A stretch of 64,000 nucleotides of DNA from Hymenobacter sp. (GTDB taxonomy: Bacteria > Bacteroidota > Bacteroidia > Cytophagales > Hymenobacteraceae): the NCBI GenBank assembly GCA_043780755.1, contig JAYWCH010000252.1:178-64177 (forward strand), in the 5' to 3' direction. Under the pieces are notes generated by a model. It was not told the origin of the DNA. It ran no database searches and worked only from the letters and a program-made list of their open reading frames with translations. Below, piece after piece: positions 19,032 to 27,845 of the stretch (the first letter of the stretch is position 1; each line of letters opens with the position of its first letter). The position numbers were made by a program, and so were the translations under genes.

Positions 19032-19056
19032 AGCAACTGCGGCGCCCGCAGTTGCT
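19032..19056. other. Perfect 11-bp-arm palindrome in the ccmE-ccmF spacer
   Basis: AGCAACTGCGG-CGC-CCGCAGTTGCT, inside an unusually long 278-nt intra-cluster spacer. No T-run follows on the transcribed strand. Confidence 0.5.
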
Positions 19057-19124
19057 CGGGGATACGGCCGCGCCAGAAATTATTGGCCGGCCGCTTTTTA
19101 TCCCGATAAATTGATGCGCGAAAG

Positions 19125-19550
19125 CTAGTTTGAAGCCGTAGCGCCCTTTAGCTCCGTCTTCACGTATTTGCTGGGGCATTTGAGAAGGATATCGTCGGCC
19201 ATGAATACTTTGCCGCGCATGCAGCCGGTGATCACGACTTGCTCGGAGGCGTCGAAATCCTGCGGCTTGGGGTTGATGTAGACCACCCGCTGGGCCACGC
19301 GGTTGGTATCGACCAGCGTAAAGGCGAAGTAATTAGGATCCGTGAGCGGATCGTACTCCAGGCCCAGCGGGTGCTTCTGACCGTCGCGGGGCAGCTTGCC
19401 CAGCACGTGGACCTTGGTGGCATTGCCTTCAATGGCTCGCTGCCGGGCTTCCCCAAAATTCACGTACACACTGGCATCCGCCGTGGTGCTGAGGATGATG
19501 GCGGCAGCCACGGCGATGATGGCGATAACGAAAATGTGTGATTTTTTCAT
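19125..19550 (-). CDS. ccmE: Cytochrome c maturation heme chaperone CcmE, variant with Cys (CxxxY) in place of the heme-binding His
   Basis: 141 aa. N-terminal membrane anchor and OB-fold-like body. The C-terminal ILLKCPSKY aligns with canonical VLAKHDENY. Confidence 0.8.
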   Translation of the reverse strand: MKKSHIFVIAIIAVAAAIILSTTADASVYVNFGEARQRAIEGNATKVHVLGKLPRDGQKHPLGLEYDPLTDPNYFAFTLVDTNRVAQRVVYINPKPQDFDASEQVVITGCMRGKVFMADDILLKCPSKYVKTELKGATASN

Positions 19551-19632
19551 AAAGCGGAATGATAGTTTTGGTGCGAACCGGATGGGATGCCGGCCGGGGT
19601 ATGCAACCGTCCCGGTGGAAGGCGGGGCCCGG

Positions 19633-19881
19633 TTATTTTTTTAGATCCTGTTCCAGTTTACTCACTTTGCGATCCAGCGAAATGAGGTAGAATAACAAGC
19701 CCGTGACAATGACGACGACAACCGCGACGACAACGTAAATTTTGCCGCTCTGGCGCAGGCCGTCGGCCATTTGGGGCGCGTCGCCGCCCGGCGTCTGGGC
19801 CAGCGCGGTAGTGGCGGTGAACAAGGTGAGCTGCAGCAGGCACAAGGCACCGGCGAGGCGCGTGAGGAAGTTATTTTTCAT
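19633..19881 (-). CDS. ccmD: CcmD-like small membrane protein
   Basis: 82 aa. One central TM (IYVVVAVVVVIVTGLLFYLI) followed by a charged tail. Overlaps the ccmC stop by 11 nt. Position between ccmC and ccmE. Confidence 0.55.
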   Translation of the reverse strand: MKNNFLTRLAGALCLLQLTLFTATTALAQTPGGDAPQMADGLRQSGKIYVVVAVVVVIVTGLLFYLISLDRKVSKLEQDLKK

Positions 19882-20536
19882 CGATTTTCAATTGCAAAAA
19901 AGCCATCCGGCTGCTCACCTGAGTCATCCAGAAAGCGAAAAGAATCCAGCCGATTACGGCGGGGTAAAACACCATCCGCATGGTGCTGTCGAGGTCGTAC
20001 TTGCTGAAACCGGGGTTGCCGGTCTGGCCCGGGTGCAGGGAGTTGCCCGAAATCCGGGGCAGGATGAAGAGCAGGGGAATGGCCGCGGCGAAGGCGAAAA
20101 TATTGTAGATTGCCGACACGCGGGCCCGCTGCTGCTCGTCGCGAAAAGAGCCGCGCAGCACCAGGTAGGCGCCGTAGATGAGCAGGGCCACGGCGGCCGC
20201 GTTCAGGCGCGGGTCGGGCGTCCACCAGGCGCCCCAGGTGAATTTAGCCCAGATGCTCCCCGTGGCTAGGCCCAGAACGCCGAGCACGATGCCAGTCTTG
20301 GCCGCTTCGTGGCTCAGAATGTCGAGCCGGGCCGAAGGCTTGTTGAGGTACTGCATGGAGCGGAACACCGACGTGCCCAGAATGACCATCATGGCAAACC
20401 ACATGGGCACGTGAAAATACAGGTTGCGGATGCTCTCGTTGACAATCGCCAGGCGGGGCACCGGCAGCAGGAAGCCCGCCGCCGCCGTGTACAGGAGCAG
20501 GATAACGGTCAGGATTTTCCACCAGGTAAATTTCAT
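19871..20536 (-). CDS. ccmC: Heme exporter protein CcmC
   Basis: 221 aa. WWD motif WAKFTWGAWWTPDPRLN. Multiple TM segments. Confidence 0.85.
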   Translation of the reverse strand: MKFTWWKILTVILLLYTAAAGFLLPVPRLAIVNESIRNLYFHVPMWFAMMVILGTSVFRSMQYLNKPSARLDILSHEAAKTGIVLGVLGLATGSIWAKFTWGAWWTPDPRLNAAAVALLIYGAYLVLRGSFRDEQQRARVSAIYNIFAFAAAIPLLFILPRISGNSLHPGQTGNPGFSKYDLDSTMRMVFYPAVIGWILFAFWMTQVSSRMAFLQLKIDEK

Positions 20537-20640
20537 GGGCAGCGGTTTAGGGAGTACTGGGATCGGTAGGTTGATGATAACAAATAATAAAAAGGGTAGT
20601 TGTGATTTGCTGATTAATGACTATAAAATACTGAAAAATA

Positions 20641-21315
20641 TTAGCCCCGCCACAAATAAGGAAAGAGTAGATAGGACATGGCCGCCACCAACATGTTGAG
20701 GGCCAGTAGCGTCAGCAGCGAGTGGTAGCTCACGCTGCGGTCGAGGCCATCGAGGGCATTTTTGCTGACCCGGATGAGCATGAGCAGCATCGGAATCATA
20801 ATGGGGAAGCCGAGCACGGCCATGAGGGTGGCGCCGTTGCCACCGGCTTTGGCCGCAATGCCCGAAACCAGCGTGAGGGTAGTAGCAAAGCCCACGGCGC
20901 CAATCAGCAGGTTGGCCACGAAGAGCAGACCATCCTGAATGGGATTGCCCAGAAAAACGGTGTAGAGAAACAAACCCAGCAGCGCCACTACGCTTAACAG
21001 CAGCACGTTGTAGAGCATCTTGGCCAGGATGACGGCCTGCGGGCGCACCAGCGTATAGTAATACAAGCGCTGGCCGGCGCTCTCCTGCATGAAGCCTTTG
21101 GCCACGGCATTGAGGGCGGCAAAGAGCAGGATGACCCAGAGCAGGGCGTTCCAGGCCGGGGCCGGGGGCACGCCGCCGCGCAGGCTGAAGCTCAGGAAAC
21201 ACACAAATACCGTACTGCCCACGTAGAGCAGCATGCCGCCCAGGGCCGCGCGCTGCCGCCATTCGAGGCGAAAGTCTTTGGCCAGCAGAGTGGAAATTTC
21301 GCGAAGCAGGGGCAC
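20641..21315 (-). CDS. ccmB: Heme exporter protein CcmB
   Basis: 224 aa, six hydrophobic segments. N-terminal LLAKDFRLEWRQR is typical of CcmB. First gene of the ccm block. Confidence 0.8.
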   Translation of the reverse strand: MPLLREISTLLAKDFRLEWRQRAALGGMLLYVGSTVFVCFLSFSLRGGVPPAPAWNALLWVILLFAALNAVAKGFMQESAGQRLYYYTLVRPQAVILAKMLYNVLLLSVVALLGLFLYTVFLGNPIQDGLLFVANLLIGAVGFATTLTLVSGIAAKAGGNGATLMAVLGFPIMIPMLLMLIRVSKNALDGLDRSVSYHSLLTLLALNMLVAAMSYLLFPYLWRG

Positions 21316-21340
21316 GGGCGAGCGGTTCGGTTTTGGGCCG

Positions 21341-21348
21341 CAAAGATA
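21341..21348 (-). promoter_or_regulatory. -7 box TATCTTTG upstream of ccmB
   Basis: Exact TAnnTTTG on the minus strand, 26 nt upstream of the ccmB ATG and downstream of the terminator of the preceding gene. Confidence 0.35.
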
Positions 21349-21409
21349 CGTCCGAACCCACCCGCAACGGATGAATAAGGCGGAACGAAACGGCGGGGGA
21401 GTGGGAGCT

Positions 21410-21446
21410 AAAAGCCGCGCCCCCGAATTGGTTCGGAGGCGCGGGC
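21410..21446 (-). terminator. Rho-independent terminator after the 1086-aa outer-membrane protein gene
   Basis: Minus strand reads GCCCGCGCCTCCGAACCAATTCGGGGGCGCGGC followed by TTTT. Confidence 0.55.
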
Positions 21447-21481
21447 AAGCGGCAGCGGGAAAGGGCGGATGCCGGTCGGGG

Positions 21482-24400
21482 TTAAAAATCGTACCCCAGC
21501 GAGAAGTAGAATTTCGGGCCGTGGGTGACGTAATCTTCCTGGCCCCAGGCCACGTCTACTTTGCCGTAGAAGCCCAGTAGCGTGGTACGGGCACCCACGC
21601 CGTAGCCGATAAGGAAGGGATTGCGGAAGTTGACGACGGTAGCCGAGAAGTAATTGCCCGCCGGAAATACCGGCTGGGTGTTGGAGGAGTTGTCGAGCCC
21701 AAAGGGATTGGCGCCCGAATACGCCGTACCCGCATCGGCAAAGCCGGAGAGCTGCAGATTGCGGAAAAAGCCCGAGTAAATCGGCTTATGGGCGAAGTAC
21801 TGCACAATGGGAATGCGAATCTCGCTGTTGAACAACAGGTAGCGTGGGCCGGTCCGGGCGCTGTAGTCGAAACCGCGCAGGTTGGTGACGAAGTCCTGGT
21901 TGAAAACCTGGTCGGGCGCTGAGTAATTGGGCAGGAAGCGGTTGCCGGCGTAGCCCGCATTCAGCCAGTTGTCCATGCCGCCAATGCGGAAGAGCTGCGG
22001 CCGGGGACCGAAAAACTGCCCGTAGCTGGCCCGGTTGGCCCAGATGATGGAGCGGCTGATTTTCTGGTAGTGCCGCAGGTCAATCACAAACTTGCTAAAG
22101 CTCAGCGACTTGTCCTTCAGACTATTCTGGCTGAGGAGGCTGGCTTTCAGGCGCGTGCCGGAAACCATGTTGACGCCGGTTGCGATGCTGTTGTCGAACA
22201 CCAGTTCGCCCTTATAGCCGAGGTAATTGGTGTTCTGATCGTCTTGCACCGACACGTCGCCCACGCGGGTCCGGGAGATATTTTCGAAGCGCGGGCCGCC
22301 GCGCACGCTCAGGTTGTGGGTGAGCGGGTAGGCAATGGTAGGGGCGATCACGTTGCGCCCGTACCGGTAGTTGCCGTTATCGAGGTCGAAAAAATAGGCC
22401 TGCTTCTGGTACGAAATGCCCCAGTCGTAGCGGTGCGTTAGGTTGGTGTAGGACGCCTGAATATTACTGGTCCGCAGATCGAGCAGGCCAAACAAGCTGG
22501 CGTCGATGCGCTGGTTCTCCAGCACATCGGTCAGGGCGGCTTTGAATTGCAGGCCGATGCCCAGCAGCGGATCGGCCAGGAGCGAGGTCGAAACATTGTC
22601 GGCCATGAAGCGGGTGTCGTACCGGAACGGGCCGGTTACCTGCGGCATGGTGGTCTGCGCCGGGGCGCCCGTGGCCGCCGCCGGCCCAAAGCGCCGCCGC
22701 TTGGGAACGACCGGGGCGGGCTGATCTTCCTCAAACTGATAGTCGCTGGTGTTGACGGTGCCATCGGCCTTGGTCCGCGTGCGGCGGGGCGCCGACGCGG
22801 CGGAGCTGGTTGTCATCGTGGAGTCGCCGGCCGTCACTGCGGGCGCCACCGGAACCGGCGTGGGCTTGGGCGCAACTACCGCCGTGGGCGGCGCCGAGCG
22901 TTCTTCCAGCGTCCGCTGGCGGGCCGTTTTGGTGAGCGGCAAAGTCGTGGGCAGCGGATATTCGGGGTAGAGGTAGAGCAGGTCGCGGGCCTGCGCCGGC
23001 GCGACAAAAATCAGGGCTTTACTCACCGGGTTGTAGTCAAAGTCCTGGGTGTTCGGCAGCCAGTTGGTTAAAACCGTGCGCTCTTTGGATTTGAGCGAAT
23101 AGCGGTACAAGGCCCGCACCCCGCTTTCTTCGCCCAGATACAGGATTTCATCGTCGGAAATAGCCCGGGGCCGGGTTTCGTTGGAAATGGTGCTCACCAG
23201 CGTTTCCACCGGAATGGCGCGCCCATCGAGGTGATACAGGAACAGGTCGTAGTTATTAACCACGTTCTGGAAGGTGGCCGGCCGGGCCCGCCCGGCCGAG
23301 TCGAGGTAACGGTTCGAGCTGAAGACCAGGCCCTGCCCGCCGGGCAGAAAGACGGGTTGCACATCGTCGAACAAGTCGTTGGTGAGCTGCTCGGCCTTGC
23401 GGCTGCCGGCGCGCAAGAGGTAAATGTCATTCTGCCCATCGCGCACGGCACTAAAGGCCAGGGATTTGCCATCCGGTGAATAGCTCATGCTCAGCACCTG
23501 ATCGTAATCGGCAAAGAGTGAGGCGGGGCGGGAAAACCGGATGGCTTCGCGCACCCGGCGCAGCAGGCCCCGGCCGTCGGCATCGCGCAGGCGCAGCACC
23601 ATTTCGCCCCGGTTGCCTTCAGCCACTGCTACCTGGGTGTTGCCGCGCCAGGCCAGCACCGGCAGGCGGGTTTCCACCTGCTGATCGGGCGTTTTGTAGC
23701 CGCCCCGGCTCAGGGTGTGGCGGTGGCTGCCGTCGCGATTCGCGACCACCACGCGGTAGCGGCCCTGCTCATTTTGCGCGTAGGCCACGAGCTGACCGTT
23801 GGGACTGATGATGGGCTGCGAAAAAACATCGGCGTGGCGGTTGCGGCCGCCCTGCCGGAACTTCTGATCCGGTTCCACCAGCGTGGCTGTGGGCTGACCG
23901 TTCAGGTCGCGGTAGTAGGCCAGCCAGTCTTTGAGAAAGACTTTAAACGGCACATTGAGCGATGAGCTGATGCCAACTTCCACGTCGCGGGTGATGCGGG
24001 TGAGGTTGAGGATATTCTGAATCGTGGTGTAGCCGTAGCGCTCGGCCACGTAGTTCCAGATGCTCTGGCCGGCGAGGGTCGGGTTGCGCAGAAAAAACGG
24101 CGCCGTGCGATTGCCGGTCGGGTACTGCTTGCTCATGTCGCGCATGAAGCCGTCCATGTCCACGCTCCAGCCCTCGGCCGCGTAGGCCGACGCGCCCTTG
24201 ATGAACCAGTTGGGCAATTGCAGCAGGTAGCTGCTCTGCAATATTTCCTTCAGCGAGCCGCCGTACATCATATCGTTGAGCAGCACTTCGGTGATCTGGG
24301 TGCTCAGCGTGCGTTTAAACTCGGTTTCCTGCCCGGTGAAAGCCAGCTGTACCTTGCTCATGCGGGCCAGCGGGGTTTCGCCGCCGTTGACCTGCTGCTG

Positions 24401-24742
24401 AGTGGCGGTGAGGCCGATATTGCTCTGCCGCAGGTCGCCGACCGAGTTGTAGAGCAGCACCGTGGTTTTGGAGTAGGGATAATAGCCGATGAGCGTGGTG
24501 ATGCGCTGCAGCTCCTTCTCCCCGTACTCGGCCGCCCGGCGGGCGCTGGCCTCGCCGCCGTCGTAGTACATGACGGTAAAATTTTGGGTATTAATCTGTT
24601 GCCAGCGAAAGATCTTGTACTGAACGCGCACCCGGCCAAAAGGCTCCTGGGCCGTCTGGGCCTGGGCCGAGGGCCGGCCGAACAACGGCACCAGCAGCGC
24701 CAGAATCCCCAGCGTGCGCTTCGCGGATAGTAAAATGGTCAT
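21482..24742 (-). CDS. Large outer-membrane protein: unknown N-terminal domain, TolB/PD40-like beta-propeller repeats, Pro/Thr/Ala linker, C-terminal Omp85-like beta-barrel
   Basis: 1086 aa. Signal peptide ...RPSAQAQ. PD40-like repeats (ISPNGQLVAYAQNEQGRYRVVV, YSPDGKSLAFSAVRDGQNDIYLL, PGGQGLVFSSNR). Linker PPTAVVAPKPTPVPVAPAV. Barrel ending ...KFYFSLGYDF. Confidence 0.7.
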   Translation of the reverse strand: MTILLSAKRTLGILALLVPLFGRPSAQAQTAQEPFGRVRVQYKIFRWQQINTQNFTVMYYDGGEASARRAAEYGEKELQRITTLIGYYPYSKTTVLLYNSVGDLRQSNIGLTATQQQVNGGETPLARMSKVQLAFTGQETEFKRTLSTQITEVLLNDMMYGGSLKEILQSSYLLQLPNWFIKGASAYAAEGWSVDMDGFMRDMSKQYPTGNRTAPFFLRNPTLAGQSIWNYVAERYGYTTIQNILNLTRITRDVEVGISSSLNVPFKVFLKDWLAYYRDLNGQPTATLVEPDQKFRQGGRNRHADVFSQPIISPNGQLVAYAQNEQGRYRVVVANRDGSHRHTLSRGGYKTPDQQVETRLPVLAWRGNTQVAVAEGNRGEMVLRLRDADGRGLLRRVREAIRFSRPASLFADYDQVLSMSYSPDGKSLAFSAVRDGQNDIYLLRAGSRKAEQLTNDLFDDVQPVFLPGGQGLVFSSNRYLDSAGRARPATFQNVVNNYDLFLYHLDGRAIPVETLVSTISNETRPRAISDDEILYLGEESGVRALYRYSLKSKERTVLTNWLPNTQDFDYNPVSKALIFVAPAQARDLLYLYPEYPLPTTLPLTKTARQRTLEERSAPPTAVVAPKPTPVPVAPAVTAGDSTMTTSSAASAPRRTRTKADGTVNTSDYQFEEDQPAPVVPKRRRFGPAAATGAPAQTTMPQVTGPFRYDTRFMADNVSTSLLADPLLGIGLQFKAALTDVLENQRIDASLFGLLDLRTSNIQASYTNLTHRYDWGISYQKQAYFFDLDNGNYRYGRNVIAPTIAYPLTHNLSVRGGPRFENISRTRVGDVSVQDDQNTNYLGYKGELVFDNSIATGVNMVSGTRLKASLLSQNSLKDKSLSFSKFVIDLRHYQKISRSIIWANRASYGQFFGPRPQLFRIGGMDNWLNAGYAGNRFLPNYSAPDQVFNQDFVTNLRGFDYSARTGPRYLLFNSEIRIPIVQYFAHKPIYSGFFRNLQLSGFADAGTAYSGANPFGLDNSSNTQPVFPAGNYFSATVVNFRNPFLIGYGVGARTTLLGFYGKVDVAWGQEDYVTHGPKFYFSLGYDF

Positions 24743-24940
24743 AAGGAAAGCAAACGAGCAAATGCCGGAATTAGTCCGCCGTGATTTTAAAATAACCGGG
24801 GACTGAGCAAAAAAGCAAGCCGTCGGGCTGAATTGGCGGACGGCACTGGAATAAAAATATTTAACGCAAAATTGTTCCGATTGCTGGTTGGGAATCTGTA
24901 AATCGGGCGGCGACGGCAGCTACGCGGTTTGCGGGGCGGT

Positions 24941-26017
24941 TCAGGCTGAGCCGGCCGGCCGCAGCGCCGCGTAGCGTTGCAGGCTGACATCGGGCCAAAT
25001 CTCGGCTTTTCCTTCCAGAAAATCGGCCAGCAGCCCGGCCAGCCGGGGCGCCATCATCACGCCTTTCGAGCCGTAACCGCCGCAAAAGCTTAACGCCGGC
25101 ACGGTGGGGTGCGGGCCTAGCAAGGGCTTGCGGTCGCGCACGGCGGGCCGCACGCCGGCCTGCTGCCGGCGCACTACAAACGGCCGGTCGGTGAGGGCCG
25201 TCAGGCGGGCCGTGAGCTCTTCGCCGCCGGCCACGGTCGGCCCGTCGGCAAACGGCGGCCACTTATACGTCGCACCCACCCGAAACCGGTCGTCGCCCAC
25301 CGGCACCACGTAGGCGCCCCGGTTGAGGACCTGCGCCGCACTCAGGCCGGGGCAGTCCACGTCCAGCACCTCGCCCTGGTTGGGCGTCAGCGGCAGCCAG
25401 TCGAAGAAGGGATTATGCACCGCCGCCGCTCCTTCGCAGCAAATGACGTGGCGGGCCCGCAGCTTGTCCGCGTAGGTGGCGCCGCCGGCATCGGTTACCA
25501 GCTGGTTCCAGTTAAACGCTTCACGGCGGAGCCAGCCGTCGCGGGTGCCTTCGGCGGCCAGGGCGGCCAGCAGCTCGCGCACGGTCACGTGTCCACCGTG
25601 CCGCAGCCACGCTCCGCCAAAAGGGCCGTGCACGCCCGGCAGGTTGGGGTCGGTGGTCACGAGGCTGGCCACGAAATCGCCCCAGGGCTGATCGGCGCTG
25701 CGGGCCAGCACGGCATTCTGCTCAGCCAGCGAGGCAAACAGCTTGATAATGGGCGTAGCCGTAAAAAAATGCTGGTCGAAGCGCTGCTCCAGCTCGCGGT
25801 AGAATGTGGCCGCGAAGGGCAGCAGCTCGGCCGCCCGCCAGGTCAGGGCGAAGCGTTTGCCGGCCACGGGGTTCATCAGCCCGGCCGCGACGTTGGAGGC
25901 CGAATTTTCCTGCCCGGGGTCGTACACCAGCACCCGGTAGTTGCGCTGGCGCAGCACGTAAGCCAGGGTAGCTCCCGCGATGCCGTGGCCCACTACCAAA
26001 AAGTCACAGTCTGTCAT
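24941..26017 (-). CDS. FAD-dependent oxidoreductase (DAO family)
   Basis: Trimmed to MTDCDFLVVGHGIAGATLAYVL (GxGxxG). 358 aa. Confidence 0.8.
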   Translation of the reverse strand: MTDCDFLVVGHGIAGATLAYVLRQRNYRVLVYDPGQENSASNVAAGLMNPVAGKRFALTWRAAELLPFAATFYRELEQRFDQHFFTATPIIKLFASLAEQNAVLARSADQPWGDFVASLVTTDPNLPGVHGPFGGAWLRHGGHVTVRELLAALAAEGTRDGWLRREAFNWNQLVTDAGGATYADKLRARHVICCEGAAAVHNPFFDWLPLTPNQGEVLDVDCPGLSAAQVLNRGAYVVPVGDDRFRVGATYKWPPFADGPTVAGGEELTARLTALTDRPFVVRRQQAGVRPAVRDRKPLLGPHPTVPALSFCGGYGSKGVMMAPRLAGLLADFLEGKAEIWPDVSLQRYAALRPAGSA

Positions 26018-26282
26018 GATTGGCAAGGTAAGGGCGCGGGGCTTAGGGCAGAATGAAGAACAGGGAATGGGCGGGCGATTAACGGCGGTCCCGCCCTAAT
26101 CTATCAGGTAGCCGGGCAACGGCCGCTTCTGCAGCCGCTTCAGCTCCTTTGCCACCGGAATGACTCGGGGCGCAACCGCAGCGGTTAACTCTTCCCGCCG
26201 CCAGCTTTCTCCGGCGCTGCGGCATATTTCTCCTTAAGCGCCGGGTTGTACCTTGCCGCATTGCTCACAGACCCCTTTTTGT

Positions 26283-26924
26283 ATGACTGTCGTCGGTTTT
26301 ACGTTCAACGCTTTTTCGGAAAATACCTACCTGTTGATTGACGACGCCACGCGTCAGTGCGCCATCGTCGATCCCGGCTGCTACGCCCCGGCCGAGCAGC
26401 AGGAGCTGTTGCAGTACATTACTGCCAACAACTTAGCCGTGGTGCTGCTGCTCAATACCCACGCCCACATCGATCACGTGCTCGGCAATCAGTTCGTGCT
26501 GACGACCTGGCCGGGCATCCCGTTTCTGCTGCATCCGCTGGATTTGCCCACCCTGCACTCCGTGCCCACTTATGCGGCCAACTACGGCTTCCCGCAGTAC
26601 CAGCCCGCCGAGCCTACGGGCGAGCTGGCCGCTGGGCAGCCCGTCCGCTTCGGCGACACGGAGCTGGAGGTGCGCTTCACGCCGGGCCACGCGCCGGGGC
26701 ACGTCGTTTTTTATCACGCGCCCACGGCCACGCTCATCGGCGGCGACGTGTTGTTTCAGCGCAGCATCGGCCGGACCGATTTACCGGGCGGCGACCACGC
26801 CACGCTGCTACGCAGCATTACCACCGAGCTACTGGGGCTGCCCGACGCCACCACTGTGTACGCCGGCCACGGCCCAAGCACGACGATCGGGGAGGAGCGG
26901 CGCGGCAATCCTTACCTCAAATAA
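26283..26924 (+). CDS. MBL-fold metallo-hydrolase (glyoxalase II-like)
   Basis: Trimmed to MTVVGFTF (ATG 26283). HAHIDH motif, later TPGHAPGH and GDVLF...GRTDLPGG. Confidence 0.85.
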   Translation: MTVVGFTFNAFSENTYLLIDDATRQCAIVDPGCYAPAEQQELLQYITANNLAVVLLLNTHAHIDHVLGNQFVLTTWPGIPFLLHPLDLPTLHSVPTYAANYGFPQYQPAEPTGELAAGQPVRFGDTELEVRFTPGHAPGHVVFYHAPTATLIGGDVLFQRSIGRTDLPGGDHATLLRSITTELLGLPDATTVYAGHGPSTTIGEERRGNPYLK

Positions 26925-27005
26925 GGCGGCGCCCAGCGCGCTGACAAGTATCGACTTAATGCGACTGGTTTCCTCGCAACGGCCAGTTATCACTACTTAT
27001 TTATT

Positions 27006-27701
27006 TTGAAAAAACACCTGCCCAACGCCGTTACCTGTCTCAATCTATTATGCGGCTGTCTGGCGCTGACGAATATTTTTGCCGGCCGGCTGGAAGTGGG
27101 CGCGTATTTCGTGGCCGCCGCCGCCGCCGCCGATTTCTTCGACGGTCTGCTGGCCCGGGCCCTGCGCGTGTCGTCGGCCATCGGCAAAGATCTGGATTCG
27201 CTGGCCGATATGGTTTCGTTCGGGGTGGTGCCGGGCGCGATTTTTTTCGAGCTGCTGGCCCGAGGCACCGGGCCGGGCCGGCTGCCCGAATGGGTGCCGT
27301 ATCTGGGTTTCGCGGTGAGTATTTTTTCGGCCCTGCGGCTGGCCAAATTCAACAACGACACCCGGCAGACGACCTCCTTCATCGGGCTGCCCACGCCGGC
27401 CTGCACGCTGGTGGTGGCCGCGCTACCGCTCATTCTCACCCACGATCAGTTTGGGCTGGCGCCAATTATTCTGCATCCCGGCGTGCTCTTGGCGCTCACG
27501 GCGCTGCTGTCGGGGTTACTGGTGGCCGAGCTGCCGTTGTTTGCCCTGAAATTTAAGAACTTGCGCTGGGCCGATAATCGGCGGCGGTTTCTATTTTTGC
27601 TCCTGACAATTGGCCTACTGTGCCTGCTGCGGGCGGCGGCCGTGCCGCTCGTCGTGCTCCTCTACGTATTGTTGTCGGTGCCGAAAACGGCCGCCCGGTA
27701 A
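27006..27701 (+). CDS. pssA: CDP-alcohol phosphatidyltransferase, probable phosphatidylserine synthase
   Basis: 231 aa. DFFDGLLARALRVSSAIGKDLDSLADMVSFG matches D-x2-DG-x2-AR-x8-G-x3-D-x3-D. Multiple TM segments. Confidence 0.75.
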   Translation: MKKHLPNAVTCLNLLCGCLALTNIFAGRLEVGAYFVAAAAAADFFDGLLARALRVSSAIGKDLDSLADMVSFGVVPGAIFFELLARGTGPGRLPEWVPYLGFAVSIFSALRLAKFNNDTRQTTSFIGLPTPACTLVVAALPLILTHDQFGLAPIILHPGVLLALTALLSGLLVAELPLFALKFKNLRWADNRRRFLFLLLTIGLLCLLRAAAVPLVVLLYVLLSVPKTAAR

Positions 27702-27845
27702 TCCATTTGGTACGGGTACTACAATAAATAGATTGTTTACTTGTTCAGGAGGCCGCCGCCGGTGTGAACCTGCCAACCGGTGGTGCTGTTCCGGGCCCAC
27801 TGGCTAAGCAGTCGGTCCGGGGTCCGGTGTCAAACTAAAACGTGT

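Noticed and set aside
20537-20640. AT-rich 104-nt spacer between ccmB and ccmC as a possible internal promoter or small gene
   Set aside because: No exact TAnnTTTG box, no ORF and no hairpin. It is most simply an intercistronic spacer.
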